Shown one piece after another: positions 36,860-50,379 of a DNA stretch of 63,750 nucleotides. A program made the position numbers and the translations under genes. The stretch comes from Lama glama. Lineage: Eukaryota. Within the stretch, counting starts at the first letter, position 1. Each line of letters starts with the position of its first letter. Under the pieces are notes generated by a model, which did not search any database, was not told the DNA's origin, and saw only the letters and a program-made list of their open reading frames with translations. The DNA lies in NCBI GenBank assembly GCA_028534125.1, contig CM052829.1:42844251-42908000 (forward strand), in the 5' to 3' direction.

Positions 36860-38880
36860 GTTTATTCATTGAAAAATTATTGAATACCTATTATGTGCAG
36901 GGTAGTGGTAGTTACTAGCAATATAGCTGTACATGAGCAGAGCATGTAGTCTGGTAGGGAAAAAAGTTATTAAACACATCATCATATAAGTAAGTATTTA
37001 ATTCAGGTATGCTTAATGTTGCAAAGAAAAAAAACCATAGGTGCTACCAAAGCATATAAAAGGGGTGCTGATCTTGACTAGGGCGAGGGATAGATAGAAG
37101 TGTCCAGCGATTAAAGCTGACATCTAAAATTTGAGAGAATGTGGGGATAGATAAAAGTGGTCAGCGATTAAAGCTGACACCTAACATTTGAGAGAATGTG
37201 TACATGTGAAGAAGTAGCAGGTATGAAGACTCTGAGGCAGGAGTCTGGCATGTTTGAGGACTAGAAAGAACTCAAAGCACTGTGAGCCAAGAGGAGACTA
37301 GTGATCTGAGCCTGAAGTGCCAGGTCGTCTGGGCCCTGTAGGGTATGTTAAGGGTTTTAGACTTTGATTTTAAACCAGTGTGATGTTACTGAAAGGTTTA
37401 ATTCTGTGGAATAACATCATCAGATTTGTACTTTATAGCTACATAGGAGAAAATGGAGGGGACAGGGACCAGGGAGGGTGGTGGAAAAGTATATGTGAGG
37501 AGATGAATTAAGAGAATCTTGCAGTGTTGTGAGAAATGGTAGTGGCTAGGCTATATGGGAGCCATTGTGATGGGGAGAAATAGATAGATTTCAGAGATAT
37601 TTAGGAGGTAAAATTGACAAGATTTGGTAGTTAATTGAATATGTAGAATGGAGGAAAGGAACGATGATTCCCAGGGTTTTAATAAGAGCAATTTAGTGAA
37701 TAGGATTGCTGTTTACTTAGATGGAAGGAGGAACCTGTTTGGGGGAAGATCATGAATGAACTTGACTTTGAACTTGTTGATTTTGAGGTGTTTATGAGAC
37801 AGTTAAGTGGAGATTTTGCCTGTGTGTTTGGATATGTATGTCTACAGATGTGGGTTGGAGATAGTAAGTTTGGGAGTAGTTGGCTTAAAAGTAGTGTTTG
37901 AAACCATGGCATGATGAGTTTGAGTAATAAATGAGAATAAGTAAGAAATGCTGAGAATTGAACATTTGGGTAGAGGATAAAGTACCAAAGGAGACTGAGA
38001 AGGAAAAGTCAGAGAGATTAAGAAAAATCAGAAGAGTAGGCTGTCCTGTAAATCAGGAAAAAGGGAAGGGGTGGTCATTTTTGTCAGATTTTACTGAGAG
38101 GACTGAAAGTGCATCTGTCAAATCAACATTGTTGGTTCCATAACAGGAATGGTTCTGATGGAGTGCTTAGGTATAAGAGTAAGATTAAAATGGATTAAAT
38201 AGTGAATGGAAGATAAGGAAGTGGGAAGAGTGATCCTATACAACTGCCTAAGAGTTTGGCCTTGAAGAAGAGATAAGAAAGAGAGGTCACTAAAGAGGAA
38301 TTGAGACTCAGGGATTTTCATTAATTTCTTTCTGTTCCTTTGTCCCTCCATCTCTCTCTTTTCCCTTCTTCCTTTCTTAAAATGGGAAGACCTGAACATG
38401 TTTAAATGCTGATGGGAAGGATCCTATAAGGAGAGTGAAGATACAGGAGACAGTGGGAAAGTAAACAAGGTCAATTTCCTGAAAAGACAGTAGATGGAAT
38501 CTAAGGCATCCACAGAGAGAGATGAGCCTTTCACAGGGGCAGGCACATTCTGCACTCTAATGGGAGGGTAGAAGGAGAGGTTGGGTGTAGAGGTAGACAG
38601 GTCAGAGCTTTAGCTTGATGGCACCTGTTTTCAGTGTCAGCTAGGAGACTAGATCTTCACTTGAGAGTAAAGAGTGAGACGGATATCAGAGTTTCCAGGA
38701 GAGTAGAGAAGATTGCAATAGTGGTTTTAAAGAGGGGAGACTGAGCAGATAGGAAAGTGAGGAGTACAGTTTGGGATTATAGATTTATCATGGAAATAAT
38801 CTGCTTGGTTGTTTGCTTTTTGCCACACAGGCATGCTGAAAGTGGATAGTTGCATTGATGGTAGTTAGAGTTCTGCTGAG
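36860..38880 (-). mobile_element. L2 LINE remnant
   Basis: Begins tttattcattgaaaaattattgaatacctattatgtgc (reverse of the L2 3' end), followed by purine-rich L2-like sequence. Confidence 0.7.
37087..37200. repeat. 57-bp tandem duplication (2 units, 52/57 identical)
   Basis: gggatagata(g/a)aagtg..cagcgattaaagctgaca(t/c)ctaa(a/c)atttgagagaatgtg at 37087-37143 and 37144-37200. Confidence 0.9.
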
Positions 38881-41195
38881 TGGTTATGACAGATTTGAGT
38901 ATTAAGCATTTTAAATATAAATCAAAGGCCTATGTTGTTTTGTCATGTGCTAGGTGTTAGGAATATAAAGGTATAAGACAATGTTTTTGTCCTAAAGGAA
39001 TATTTGCCCAGACGAGGAACCTAGACATATATAGGTGAATATCATGTTTTAAGAAACTGAGCTTCAGAGTGATTAAGTAATTTATCCAAGGCCATGCAGT
39101 GAAAGAGGCTGTTTGAATCCAGAAGGAAACTACCACCTATTTTATAGAGTTGTTACAAGGTTTAAATGAGTTATACATTTGGAGCATTTAGAACCATTAG
39201 GTATCCAACAGTATATCATCATCATTGGGATTATTCATCACTTCCCTTCCGTTCCCACTGTTGCCACCGTCTTCTCATAAATACCTGAACTATAGAAACA
39301 GTCTAATTAGTCTCCCCACCTCCTCACCCTACATATTATGATCTAGGCGTATGTTCTACAAACTCTGCTCTTCATGGCACCTTCCTCAAAAATCTTCAGA
39401 AGTTTCCCTAACTTCTCCCTCTGCTGTCTCTACTTTCACAGGGGCACCTTCCATTGGCCTACTGAATACTCCCTGAATACCACATAATCATTCCTACTTT
39501 CACCTTTTGATCATTTTATTTTCCCCATTTTAGAACCCTCTTCCCTCTCTCAGTATACGGCTTAGTTCGAATCCTGCTTCCTTCATGAGCTCTTTCCTAA
39601 TTTCTCCCAACCACACTGATGTCTTCCTCAACTGAACTATTCCACACATTGACCACTCATACAGGCTATTCTGTATTGATTTTTTAAATAGCCAATCATC
39701 CATCTAGGAAGAGTCAATTTAAGTAACTGGTTACACTTAGCCAACTACACCCACTTAGAGCACTTCTTGTTGGCAACAGGTAACTATGTAAAATAGCATG
39801 TATCAATTACTTACTAGGTGCCAGATATACTGCTAAGTGATTAATGTATGTTATTTTATTTAATACAATACTTATAGGACTCATGATTATGAAACTGAGT
39901 CTCACAGAGGTTACCTCAGCTGCCCAAGATTACCAGCTAGTAATCCAGGCTTGTCTGACTTTAGGCCATGCTCTATTTTAATCTGGTGGGTAAATGATCA
40001 CAAAACACATTGCTTCATCTTCTGTGAAATTTTCTTCTATGGCTGATATTGCTCTTGAAAGCAGTTCCAAGAAAAGGGCTTTTAAATGTTTTGTTCAATT
40101 CACTATTCTGAAAGCAAGCATTCATTTGGATGCATCTTTTAATGAGATAACAAAACTAAGCCACAGAAAGGGTAATCATCCCAAAACGATCATCAGAGAT
40201 ATTTTAAAGCCAGCAGTCTGCTGTTAAGCCCTCCTTCCCTCTTTTCTCACCCCACATGGCTGATTAGTTCTTTTCTAGAGTTATCACTTTCTCTTATTAC
40301 TCATCACACTAATTCTTCATCAGTATGTCTCTGGGGGAGGTTCTTTAAGTCCCAATATTGTTGGCATTTCCATACACTTTTTTGTATCCTTCAAACTGCA
40401 GGATTCTTATAATACCTAGTAAATAGTCGGAGTTAAATAACTTTGAAAGAATGAAGGTATAGCAGAACTTATTTCCTTGCTTGGGGCAAAAGGGAAAGGA
40501 AATATATAAGAATCCAGTAATTTAGGGACTTGGATTTATTATTTGCATAGTGTGAGTTTCATTATTAAAGTGATCTATGGAAAGCATATTCTGTATGGGT
40601 ACAAACTATTTGGGTACAAACTGGATGTGTCACGTTTTCTTGTGGATTGTAAGATTTTGAGCCAAAAATTGTCCAGAAGATGAAACAATGTTTTGTGATC
40701 ATTTACCCACCAGATTTTTATTAAATGTGTAAATAATATATATTAATTGCAGGAAAATTTAGACAGTGTAAAAGAGGCAAAAAAGAAAATAAAAATAACT
40801 GTATTTCCATTTTCCAGAGATAACTACTGCTACATTTCAGGGAATAGTTTTCCAGAATTTTTCCTGTGCTTAAAAAGGAAGAAATATGACATGTGGGCCT
40901 AAGTAGTTGAGATTGTACCACAGAAGCAAGAACTTACTTGTTTAAGAAGCAAAGATTTTCTTCCCTTGCAAGTGAACCTGGTGCCAATAAATGTTAGCTG
41001 TTATTTTTTTATTACAGTTATTATTATTAATGACATCATTGTCTGACTATGTCAAATAAAATGTTAAAATGCTTATAACAAATATTTTAAGTAGTTTTAT
41101 AAGGTTTTTTTTTTTTTTGCCTCAAGTTGTTTGGGAAGTCTAAAAAAATACTCAGATTGTCTTTTTCTTTCCTTTTTTTTTTTTTTTTGTTACAG

Positions 41196-41310
41196 AATTC
41201 TTCAGAGAGTCTTAGTTGTGCCAGAAGTCTCTTAATGGCAGACAGAGTGCAAATCATTGTGATTCTGTCTGAGTTTTTCAATTCCACATGGCAGAAGGCA
41301 AATTGTGCAA
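41196..41310 (+). CDS. OSTM1: OSTM1 coding exon 2
   Basis: Long poly-T tract plus ttacag acceptor. Reads [38 protein letters not shown]. Donor gtaagt at 41311; 115 nt. Confidence 0.97.
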
Positions 41311-41504
41311 GTAAGTAATTCCTTCATTTTCATGTTACTGTTATGGTTCAACAGTATAGATGTCAGTTTTTATTTTATGAATTTTCACATCTTTGCACAT
41401 TTTGAATACTTTTTATTATTAAGTTTAAATGAACTGTGATTAGCATCATGGTTTATTAGTGAGAACTATTTGGGCAAATACTGAAACCCAGAAATATGTA
41501 GCAG

Positions 41505-41760
41505 TTAACAGTGAGCTTTGCAGTCAGACAAATCTGGGTTTTATTCTAAGCTCTGCCACGCATTAGCCCTAACCTACTCCTGTCAGACCTTTGGCATATA
41601 ATTTTGCCTCTTGGAGCTTCAGTTTCCTCATCTGTAAATTGGTGGTAATAATGGAATCTACCTTATATGATTGTCTTGAGGATTAAATGAAATAAATTCT
41701 GTAAAGCACTTAGCTCAGTACCTGGCATACAGTTAATGTTTAAGGAATGTTAACTTCTTA
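41505..41760 (+). mobile_element. MIR SINE
   Basis: cttcagtttcctcatctgtaaa...gaggattaaatga...gtaaagcacttag...cctggcata. Confidence 0.85.
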
Positions 41761-43821
41761 ATATAATAATAAATATAAATATGTTTATAATAACTAATCA
41801 GATGGTGGTAGGAGGAGGTGATAACATCTGTTCTACCAGTTTTATAGGTTTGTAAATATTTATATAATAAAATGAGGTCGATTTTCAGGCATTCTTTGGA
41901 AAAATTAAAATCACCATTTCAATTCATAAGTATTTTGAATACTAACCATGTACTCGGAAGTTTTTGTTTTCCAAACCTTATAATTTAGCAAGTTATAGTT
42001 ATAATATAACCCAAGGCAGGCAAATAAATGCTATAATAAATTTATAGAGTCTTTGGGAAAGTAGAAAATAAACCAAATTCAAGAGAATTTGAAATGACTT
42101 CCTGGAGGAGGTACCCTTTGATCCTACACCTTTATGGTTGGGCATGATTTCAGTAAGTAAAGATGAGAGGAAGGACACTGCAGATAGAGAGACATCATGG
42201 ACAGAGGCACAGAGGTACCTCATAAAAGAGTAGTAGACATTACAGAATCCTGGCAGCCCAATGGAAGATAAAATTAGGAAGGGAAAGTAGGACCTTGACC
42301 TATGTAGTAGTTTATCACTTATGCCAACATTCTTCATACTGCTTAGAATACCAGCATATTATTAAGAAAAGGTTATATACTATAGTATTTTGGGAATTTA
42401 CAATGCACTTGGAATATTAAAGGCAGTGAGAAGAAAAACTTTTTAACCATCATTTAACCTAGCACTTTCTGAGCTTTTTTTTTTTGAACTGCAGAAACCC
42501 CCTTTTTTTCATGGAACCTCATTGAAAGAGGAAGAGGGAGGCCAGCGAGGAAATTATTACAATAGTTTAGGCAAGAAGCAAAGAAAACCTGAAGTAGGGT
42601 ATGGGCAATGGAAATAGAAAGGACAGAGAGAATAAAAATTTGTGTACCTGTAAGTCATTAAGGAGCTTAACTTTTCTAAGGACTTGTCTTTTTGTTTAGT
42701 TCATATGAAGAGAAGATGTAAATGGGAAAAAGACTCCCTGCTAAGTTTCTTTTCCTTTGTAATATATCATGGATATTGAATATTGGGTCTTTTAAATATG
42801 TCTCTATTGATTCAAATTTTCTTGTAATTTGAACAGAGGCTTGGCTGACAGCTAACTTTTTTAAAAGCAAAATCTTTACTTTTTTGAATAAAACTTTTTA
42901 GTATAAATATGATTGAGCAGAATTTGCTTAACTTAAACAGGAGAGCTGTTTTTAAGTATTCTTAAGTCCTTTAGAAAAATCCATTGATATAGAAAAAAAT
43001 GTTAATTACAAATAACTTAAAATTAATTAATTAGAGTAAATATGTTATATATGGGGGTTCACTTCTTTTGACTGATGTGACTTAATTTATATACTTGAGA
43101 GGTAAGGCATCTTTTCTTTAAAAGGTATTTTGTAATGAATTTCTTGATGCAAAGTATCTTTCTTCTCCAGTTAGTTTTTTAAAAAAAAGGAAAAAAGTAA
43201 AAAGGAAAGGAAATATTTTGCTGCATATTTACTCAGTGTGGTAGGTATAAAACTCTTTAGAATAAATTCTTGAGGTACCTTTGTTTTTCTGTGAGGCATC
43301 CAATCTTGAAAATATTTCTTGATTGCACTTCTGAACAACAAATGAAATGCTTACTTCCTAGTTAAAATTAATTAGGCCAAAACATATGGCCAAGCAAGGT
43401 ACAGAAAAGTATGACATCTTTTGGGGAATTAGACAGCTGAGTGGGCAGGAAAGAAAGGCTCAGTTTTCATTCTACTTACATTTGTACCCTTTGGATTGTA
43501 TATCATATACCTTTAGTGCCTATTTAAAAATACATAAAATTTTTAAAAATTTAACAGAATGTTCATATCTGTGGTATTTATATGTTAGATATAATCAGGG
43601 AGATTGACTATTTTCTTTTCCCAGATTATATGTTAAAAAAAATTATCTTCCATTCACTGTTTCATTCACATTTAAAATTCATCATAATGTATATACTCTA
43701 TTTTACATGGAAATAAAATAGTTTTATAAATCTGTACTCCTCAGCAGTTTTCCCTTGTGCATTCTAAAATAATCATCTTGCCTAGAATTGAATAATCTTT
43801 ACCAAGTTACCTGGAAATACT

Positions 43822-44004
43822 TCTTTTTTTAAAAAAAATGTTTTATTGAAGTGTAGTTGATTTACAATATTGGTTTCAGGTGTACAGCAAAGCGATTCAG
43901 TTATACATACACATGCATATATATATATATTTTTTTCAGATTCTTTTCCATTATATGTTATTGCAAGAAATTGAGTATAGTTCCCTGTGCTATACAGTAG
44001 GTTC
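43822..44004 (-). mobile_element. 5'-truncated L1 3' end
   Basis: ttttattgaagtgtagttgatttacaat...ttccctgtgctatacagtagg; tggaaata repeated on both flanks. Confidence 0.8.
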
Positions 44005-44433
44005 TTGGAAATAAGTTCTAATTATGTTCTCTGCAAATCTATTTAATACAGATAGTATGAACATTTTCTGAAAAGTTTAAAGAATTGTTCAAAAACTTAA
44101 CAATTTCTACCCAAATTTAATAAAGCATTCTTACTTGAGCAACATTGTCTTCTCTTACAAAGTAGTGAGAAATGAAATTTGAAGGAAGGGAAAATGAGCT
44201 AAAGAAGATGAGTAACAAGTCAGCAGTTAAATTAAATAGTATTTCTCAATTCCATGGCCTGTGCCTCGTTGAATTTCACAGTAAGCCCTGTGAGGTAAAA
44301 TGAGGACTCACAGAAGGTAAATGAACTGTAGATCAAGAATCTAGAACTAAATTCAAAAGGCTTTAAGACTGTTCATTTGAAAATACAGTGTTCATGAATT
44401 AAGGCCTAATTTTATTTCTAAAATGCTATCTGA

Positions 44434-44597
44434 AGGGGGGAGTGTATATAGGTCAGTGGTAGAGTGCATGCTTAGCATGCACGAGGTCCTGAGTTCAGTC
44501 CCCAGTACCTCTATTTTAAAAAACAAATAAAAAAACCAAAATCTAATTACCTCCTCCCAAAAAGAAACAAACAAACAAACAAAAAATTTTAAAAATT
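44434..44597 (+). mobile_element. tRNA-derived SINE (camelid Vic-1-like) with TSD
   Basis: A/B-box-like head (ggtcagtggtagagtgcatgc...gagttcagtcccc), A-rich tail, TSD aaatgctat(c/t)tga at 44421-44433 and 44598-44610. Confidence 0.85.
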
Positions 44598-45175
44598 AAA
44601 TGCTATTTGACAAATCCATTGCACAGTCTCCATTTTAAGAAATACAAATAAACTTTAATTAGCCCTAATACAAAATTTAATATGTATGCTATATATATGT
44701 TTGACGTTATGGAAAACCTAGTCTTTTACTAAAAATATAAATATAAAATATTCCTTTTTTCTAGAGACCTATCAATACTACATAAAATTAAAACTAGATA
44801 ATGTGAAAAAGAGGTTTTTAATAGAGATGCACATTTTCTAATGTTAATCTCAGCCATGATCAGGAATCAGGCATCAGGTTCTGAGACAGTCTCTAGCAAC
44901 CAGATCTTTTAAACCATTTATTTCATGGGATCCTCACTCTTTTATTTTCTTAATAAATGATGCTGAAGTTGTCTCTTTACCTTGTACTTGAAAGAAAATC
45001 CATTTCCTACCCATCCAGTCATAGTTTTTAAAAAATCCTTGGCCTTTGGAAATAGGTAAAAGAGTGAATACAAAGGATTAATTAATAAACTGGAAAATGA
45101 CAACCATATCACACTGTTATTTTAAATGAATTTGTGCCTGATCACAAATTTGCCTAGGATGTTGTCATTTTGTAT

Positions 45176-45708
45176 TGTAGGAGACCAGAATATGCTATCC
45201 CAAAATAGTCCTCTTTGGTGTAAGGATTATTTTGAGCTGATTATTTTGAGAAACAGGAGACACAGGAGAAGCTCTGAAATAACCAGAGTAGAAATAACCA
45301 TTTTGTAAGGGAAATTTATATTTATAAAGGAAATCTCCATTTGTAAGTCTCCTTTGTGCCAGAAAGAAAAGAATGGGTCTAAATCACAAGAGAATCCTGT
45401 AAATGGAGAAGGCAGGGACATAAATCTGCATCACCTTATACTTATTTACTATGCTTTTCCTAGTCACTTCCCCATAACTGGCCTCCCCGACACCCTTCTT
45501 TCTTTGTTTTTAGTTGAAGATGGAACTTAAGCCTGAATTCTAAGCCACCTCTTTGAGTTACTCAATTTCCGTTTGTATCTCGGATGTATTCCATGTATAC
45601 AAGTTAATAAACTTCTGTTTGTTTTTCTCATATTGATCTGTCTTTTGTTCAGTGGCCCCAGCTAAAAACTTAGAAGGGTAGAGGGAAAATTATTTTTCCT
45701 CCCCTACA
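45176..45708 (+). mobile_element. ERV1 solo LTR (MER34A-like) with 4-bp TSD
   Basis: TG...CA termini (tgtaggagaccagaatatg ... ttcctcccctaca), GTAT on both sides, AATAAA at 45606. Confidence 0.85.
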
Positions 45709-46641
45709 GTATATGCATGAAAATCACAATATAAATATTTTTTAAAATCTGGATTATTTGCCTTTACATAAACATAAAAAAAGACTTTTTTTTTAAACAT
45801 AAAAAAAGACTGGTCAGTTTTCTCAGAACTTGTGAAAACTTGTTAAATACAAACCATAACGCTTTTGTCTCAGTTAACTTTTTGTGTTGATCTAGGTATT
45901 AAATTTGCAAATACAGAGCTAAGTGATTACAGCAATAGAGATCTTTAATGGTAAATAAAATGGAACCTATTCATTCTGGCACCTAAAAGATAAAATGAGA
46001 AGGAAAATAATCACAAAGGAAGAACAAAAACTACTGATGTGTTTTAAAAATTTGTTTTTTAACTGATACTTAAACCAATATGTGATCCATTTTTAGGAGG
46101 ATATCTTTCAATATAAAATAACTTTTCCTTTTTCATCCTCTGGTCTAGAAAATGCAAAACTATAATTATATAGTTTTTAAATCTTTTAAAGTGAATTTAA
46201 GGGGCTATTAGAATTTTTAATATTATTAAAAATAATCGCTAAAACATTGCTTAAAAGAATATTATTAAAATTAATACATTGCCAGAAATCACCTTTCCTT
46301 TCTACTTGATCCAGCTGTGAACTAGCACCCAGGCTTTGCAGTTATTAGTTGATGAGAGGAAGGCTAGAAACTCAATAAAAGAGAGTGCCATCCATTACTA
46401 CTACTATCTATTTTATCTTTAGAATTTCTGTGTCTTTGAATCATATTAGTCTTGGTAGGAAGTGGGTTTTTGGAAACTGATAGAAACTGAAAAGGAATAT
46501 TAAGAGCAAAACTCTTCCAATTCACATTACAGATAACATAGAAACTAATTCTTGTGGAGAATGACTGCTAAGAAGTAAAGAAAATGTATCAAGGATTTTT
46601 TCTGTACACAATTTAAAAGCTGGTATCAGAAGTGTATTGTT

Positions 46642-46752
46642 GAGGGAGTGAGGGTGTAGCTCAGTGGAGCACATGCTGAGCATGCTGGAAGTACTTGGTT
46701 TGATTCCCAGTACCTCCATTTGAAAAAGAAAAAAGAAAGAAATGAAAATGAA
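46642..46752 (+). mobile_element. tRNA-derived SINE (camelid Vic-1-like) with TSD
   Basis: gtgtagctcagtggagcacatgctgagc head; TSD agaagtgtatt(g/a)tt at 46628-46641 and 46753-46766. Confidence 0.82.
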
Positions 46753-46894
46753 AGAAGTGTATTATTCACATAGGGATAGCCCATTTATTGAGATGCTGCT
46801 TGGTTATCTTATGTACATGACAGCTGAATAATTTGTAGAGTGACCAGATTTGATGTGACTCTGAATTGTTTTATAGTAAAGCATTTGGTTCTTT

Positions 46895-47285
46895 GTTTTT
46901 GAGATATCTCAATATTGACATATAACTGTGTAAATTTAAAGTGTGCAATGCATTGATTTGATACACTTATAAATTGCAAAATGATTACCACCATAGTATT
47001 AGGTAACACCACCATCATATCATATAATTACCATTTTGTGTATATGTGTGATGAGAACATTTAAAATTTATTCTCTTAGCAACTTTCAAGTATATAATAC
47101 ACTAACTAACTAACTAACTAACTAACTAAAATGACCATACTGTACATTAGATCCTCAGAACTTAACTCATCTTGCAACTGGATGTTTGTACCCTTTGACC
47201 AACATCTTCCCATTTCTGCCCCCTACCTCCCACCCCACCCCAGCCTTTGGCAGTCACCATTCTACTGTTTCTATGAGTTCAGCTC
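46895..47285 (-). mobile_element. L1 (L1MA/MB-like) 3' end containing an (ACTA)7 expansion
   Basis: ttgacatataactgtgtaaatttaaagtgtgca...gtaccctttgaccaacatc; actaacta repeat at 47101-47128. Confidence 0.75.
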
Positions 47286-47354
47286 ATAGCTCACTATACA
47301 TGCAGGGATTTACTTCTAGACTCTTCGTTTTGTTCTGTTGGTCTCCTTTCCTCT

Positions 47355-47550
47355 GATAGAAGATCCTCTGTAGTTGATGAAACTCCTGGAGAAGGGATTT
47401 ATGACAATTGTGTTTATTTTGTCTTCAGGCAGTTAAGGGGAATTCACAGAAAACCTCTCTGCATTTTTTGTTTCCCAAGTGCCTTCAAATTCAAAATAAT
47501 TCTTATGGCAAAGAAGTGTATTTTAAAAAGGCATATTCTGCCACTCTTTA
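47355..47550 (-). mobile_element. Partial ERV1 LTR (MER34-family-like)
   Basis: Reverse complement resembles the start of the 45176 LTR (agaatatgcc...cttctttgccataagaattattttgaa). Confidence 0.55.
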
Positions 47551-47830
47551 CTTTTTATGCCCTGATTCTTTAAAAACCAATAATAAAACTTAATAGTTAA
47601 CTAGAAGATCAGTTAATCAGAATCTTTTTGATATTTTATCTAAGTGGTAACATACTAAGTGTTAGACTCACTTATTTGTATCTTATAATTTAAAATGTTC
47701 TAGTTTTCATATTTGCTAAATTAATTTTGTTGAGATGTTGAGTTCCCATCATTTATATGTGTCTTCTGAAGCTTGCTCTATTTTTCAGAAATTGGTGATT
47801 ATCTCTGTTGTTTCCTATAAAACTAGTTTT

Positions 47831-48588
47831 GATGCTGGAGAGGGTGTGGAGAAAAAGGAACCCTCCTACACTGTTGGTGGGAATGTAAATTGGGACAGTC
47901 ACTATGGAAGACAGTATGGAGGTTCCTTAAAAAAGTAAAAATAGACTTACCATATGATCCAGCAATCACAATCCTGGGCAGATATCCAGAGAAAGCTATA
48001 ATTCAAAAAGACACATGCACCCCAATATTCATGACAGCACTATTTACAATAGCCAAGACAAGGAAACAACCTAAATGCCCATCAACAGATGACTGGATAA
48101 AGAAGTTGTAGAATATATATATGGTGGATTATTACTTAGCCATAAAAAGAATGAAATAATACCATTTGCAGCAACATGGATGGACCTGGAGATTATCATA
48201 TTAAGTGAACTAAGATAGACAAAGAAAGGCAAATATTATATCACTTATATGTAGAATCTAAAAAAAAATGATACAAATCTTATTTACAAACCAAAAATAG
48301 ACTCATAGAGGTGGAAAGCAAACTATGGTTACCAAAGGGGAAAGGGTGGGAGAGGGATAAATCAGGAGTTTGGAATTAACAGATACACATTACTATATAT
48401 AAAATAGACAAACAACAAGGACCTACTGTATAGCACAAGGAGCTACAATCAATTTCTTATAATAACATATAATAGATAAGAATCTGAAAAAAAAGTATGT
48501 ATATGTATAACTGAATTGTGTTATTATACACCTGGAATGAACACTGTAAATCAACTACACTTCAATAAAAAACAAAATTAAAAAAAAA
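47831..48588 (+). mobile_element. 5'-truncated L1 (ORF2 C-terminus plus 3' UTR, A tail)
   Basis: Peptide [22 protein letters not shown]...DTCTPIF...KQPKCPSTDDWIKK is the L1 ORF2 C-terminus. Confidence 0.92.
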
Positions 48589-50003
48589 CCTATTTTTTAA
48601 AAACAGCAGAGATCCTTATATAAACTCCTAGTAGATGCCAAATACTTATTCTAAAGATTCATAATTCCTGTTATGATAATCTAGTAGTTTTCTACATAAG
48701 GTCTTAACTTGAATCCTTAACACCTTTAAGAATGCCTCTTGAGCGGATGCTTGAACCCTTACTGAGAAAAGCTATGCTAATCTGTCCTTGATGAGGCTAC
48801 ATTGATTATATGAGATGAGGAAAATTCATAATGACCACTTCACTTAGTGCTTATAGGAAGCTGTATTATTACTAATATTTCTTAACTTACTAATTTCTAA
48901 AATATATAGCTTCTCACTGCCTATAACCTTATGCTCCCAATTCCTGCAAAAGCATAAAAGAGGAATTTTACTAGAGTTCCTTTGTTTTAAATCAGAAAGT
49001 CAGGGCTCTTTAATAATGCAGACATTTAAAATCCCATTAAAGAAGTGAACTCCTTTGTGCTTTATAATATCACTGTCTAATGATCACTGAAAAAAATGTT
49101 GATGGTGTTGCATTAATGCAGTACTTAATAAGATGACCAGTCTATATTAGCTTTTAGTTTAATATTCTAATTATTTCAAGTGAAAAAGAATGGCTGTTAG
49201 TAAAATAGAAGAGATTAAGTTCTTTGTTGTTCAAAGAAACTTCCTTTATAAATTACTTTTTTCTTTTTCTTTTTCATTATTTTGTATATTACTTTTTTAT
49301 AAAGAACTTATTTCATACTTTGCATAGAAGAAATTATCATTGCTCTCTCATATTCATGCTTTATACTATTTCTGTAGACAGTACAGGGAGACACGCATAC
49401 CCATATTGTGTATGTCAGTAGCCATGACGTGGGTCATTATAACACAGACATACAGTTGCTGTGGATGAAATTGTATTCCCTCTGATTCCTTGCAAAATGT
49501 CAACTACAAAAACTGAAAATCTATGTAATCTCATTAGCCCAATATGCTAATATCATGCATATTTGTAACTGTGTTTGTTTTTATTTATATATACTCTACC
49601 TCATGTATAAAAGGATTTGAAGCTACTTTGTGATGATGTTAACCCAGGATTAAGAGAGGCTTATTTTTTTTCTTAAGAATTTAATATGTGAACTTTTCGA
49701 AAGCCAAGATAATTAGTAACATTTTTAAATAGTAAAGAACAAATTATGTAATTAAGAGAATACTAAACTGAGAGCCTGGAAAGTATATTTCTTATTTCAG
49801 TGCCTTACTAACTGGGTGTGTGATCCTCATTATGTCACTGTATTTCTCTGGTTGTTTCCTAATTTGTGAAGTGATCCCTCAGATTTTTAAATGATAAGGT
49901 GAAACAGTCAGAACAGGACTCACATTCTTGAGAAGATAAAGCCGCAGAGAATGTAGAGTATATGAGTTAGAGAGAGAGAAAGACTCTTAGAATAAGCTCA
50001 TCA

Positions 50004-50189
50004 GCAGGGCCCCAGATATACCAGGTGCTGGCAAGTTCTACGCTAGGGGGCCCATGTAAGAGGGTGAATGGGGCTGAATTCCAGCTCAGCTTCTGAAGGT
50101 CAGAATGCCTTTTTGTAATTAATCTACCCAGATGGGAAGTCTTTTTCTAATTTGCACAAAGGAGTCTTAATGTGCTGGTTGCTTCCCTG
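50004..50189. mobile_element. hAT-Tip100-like (MER91-like) DNA element
   Basis: caggg...ccctg termini and ttttctaatttgcacaaagg motif. Confidence 0.45.
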
Positions 50190-50379
50190 TTCGCCAGTTT
50201 TAATCTTCATCTCAGTTGCCAGCACCAATCAGTTGGTAGTGACTACCTGAATCCTTGCGTGGTATAAGAAATCAATGGGTAGTGGAGGGAGGAGTAGTAG
50301 CATATATTTGTTGACTCCCAGTATTGAACTTTAATTGTTTAGAGTATAGATGTGAATATTTTATTTAATTTGCAGTGTT

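Noticed and set aside
44434..44515. tRNA-Ala-like sequences at 44434, 46642 and 7405
   Set aside because: These are SINE heads with A-rich tails and TSDs; the stems are degenerate, so they are not tRNA genes.
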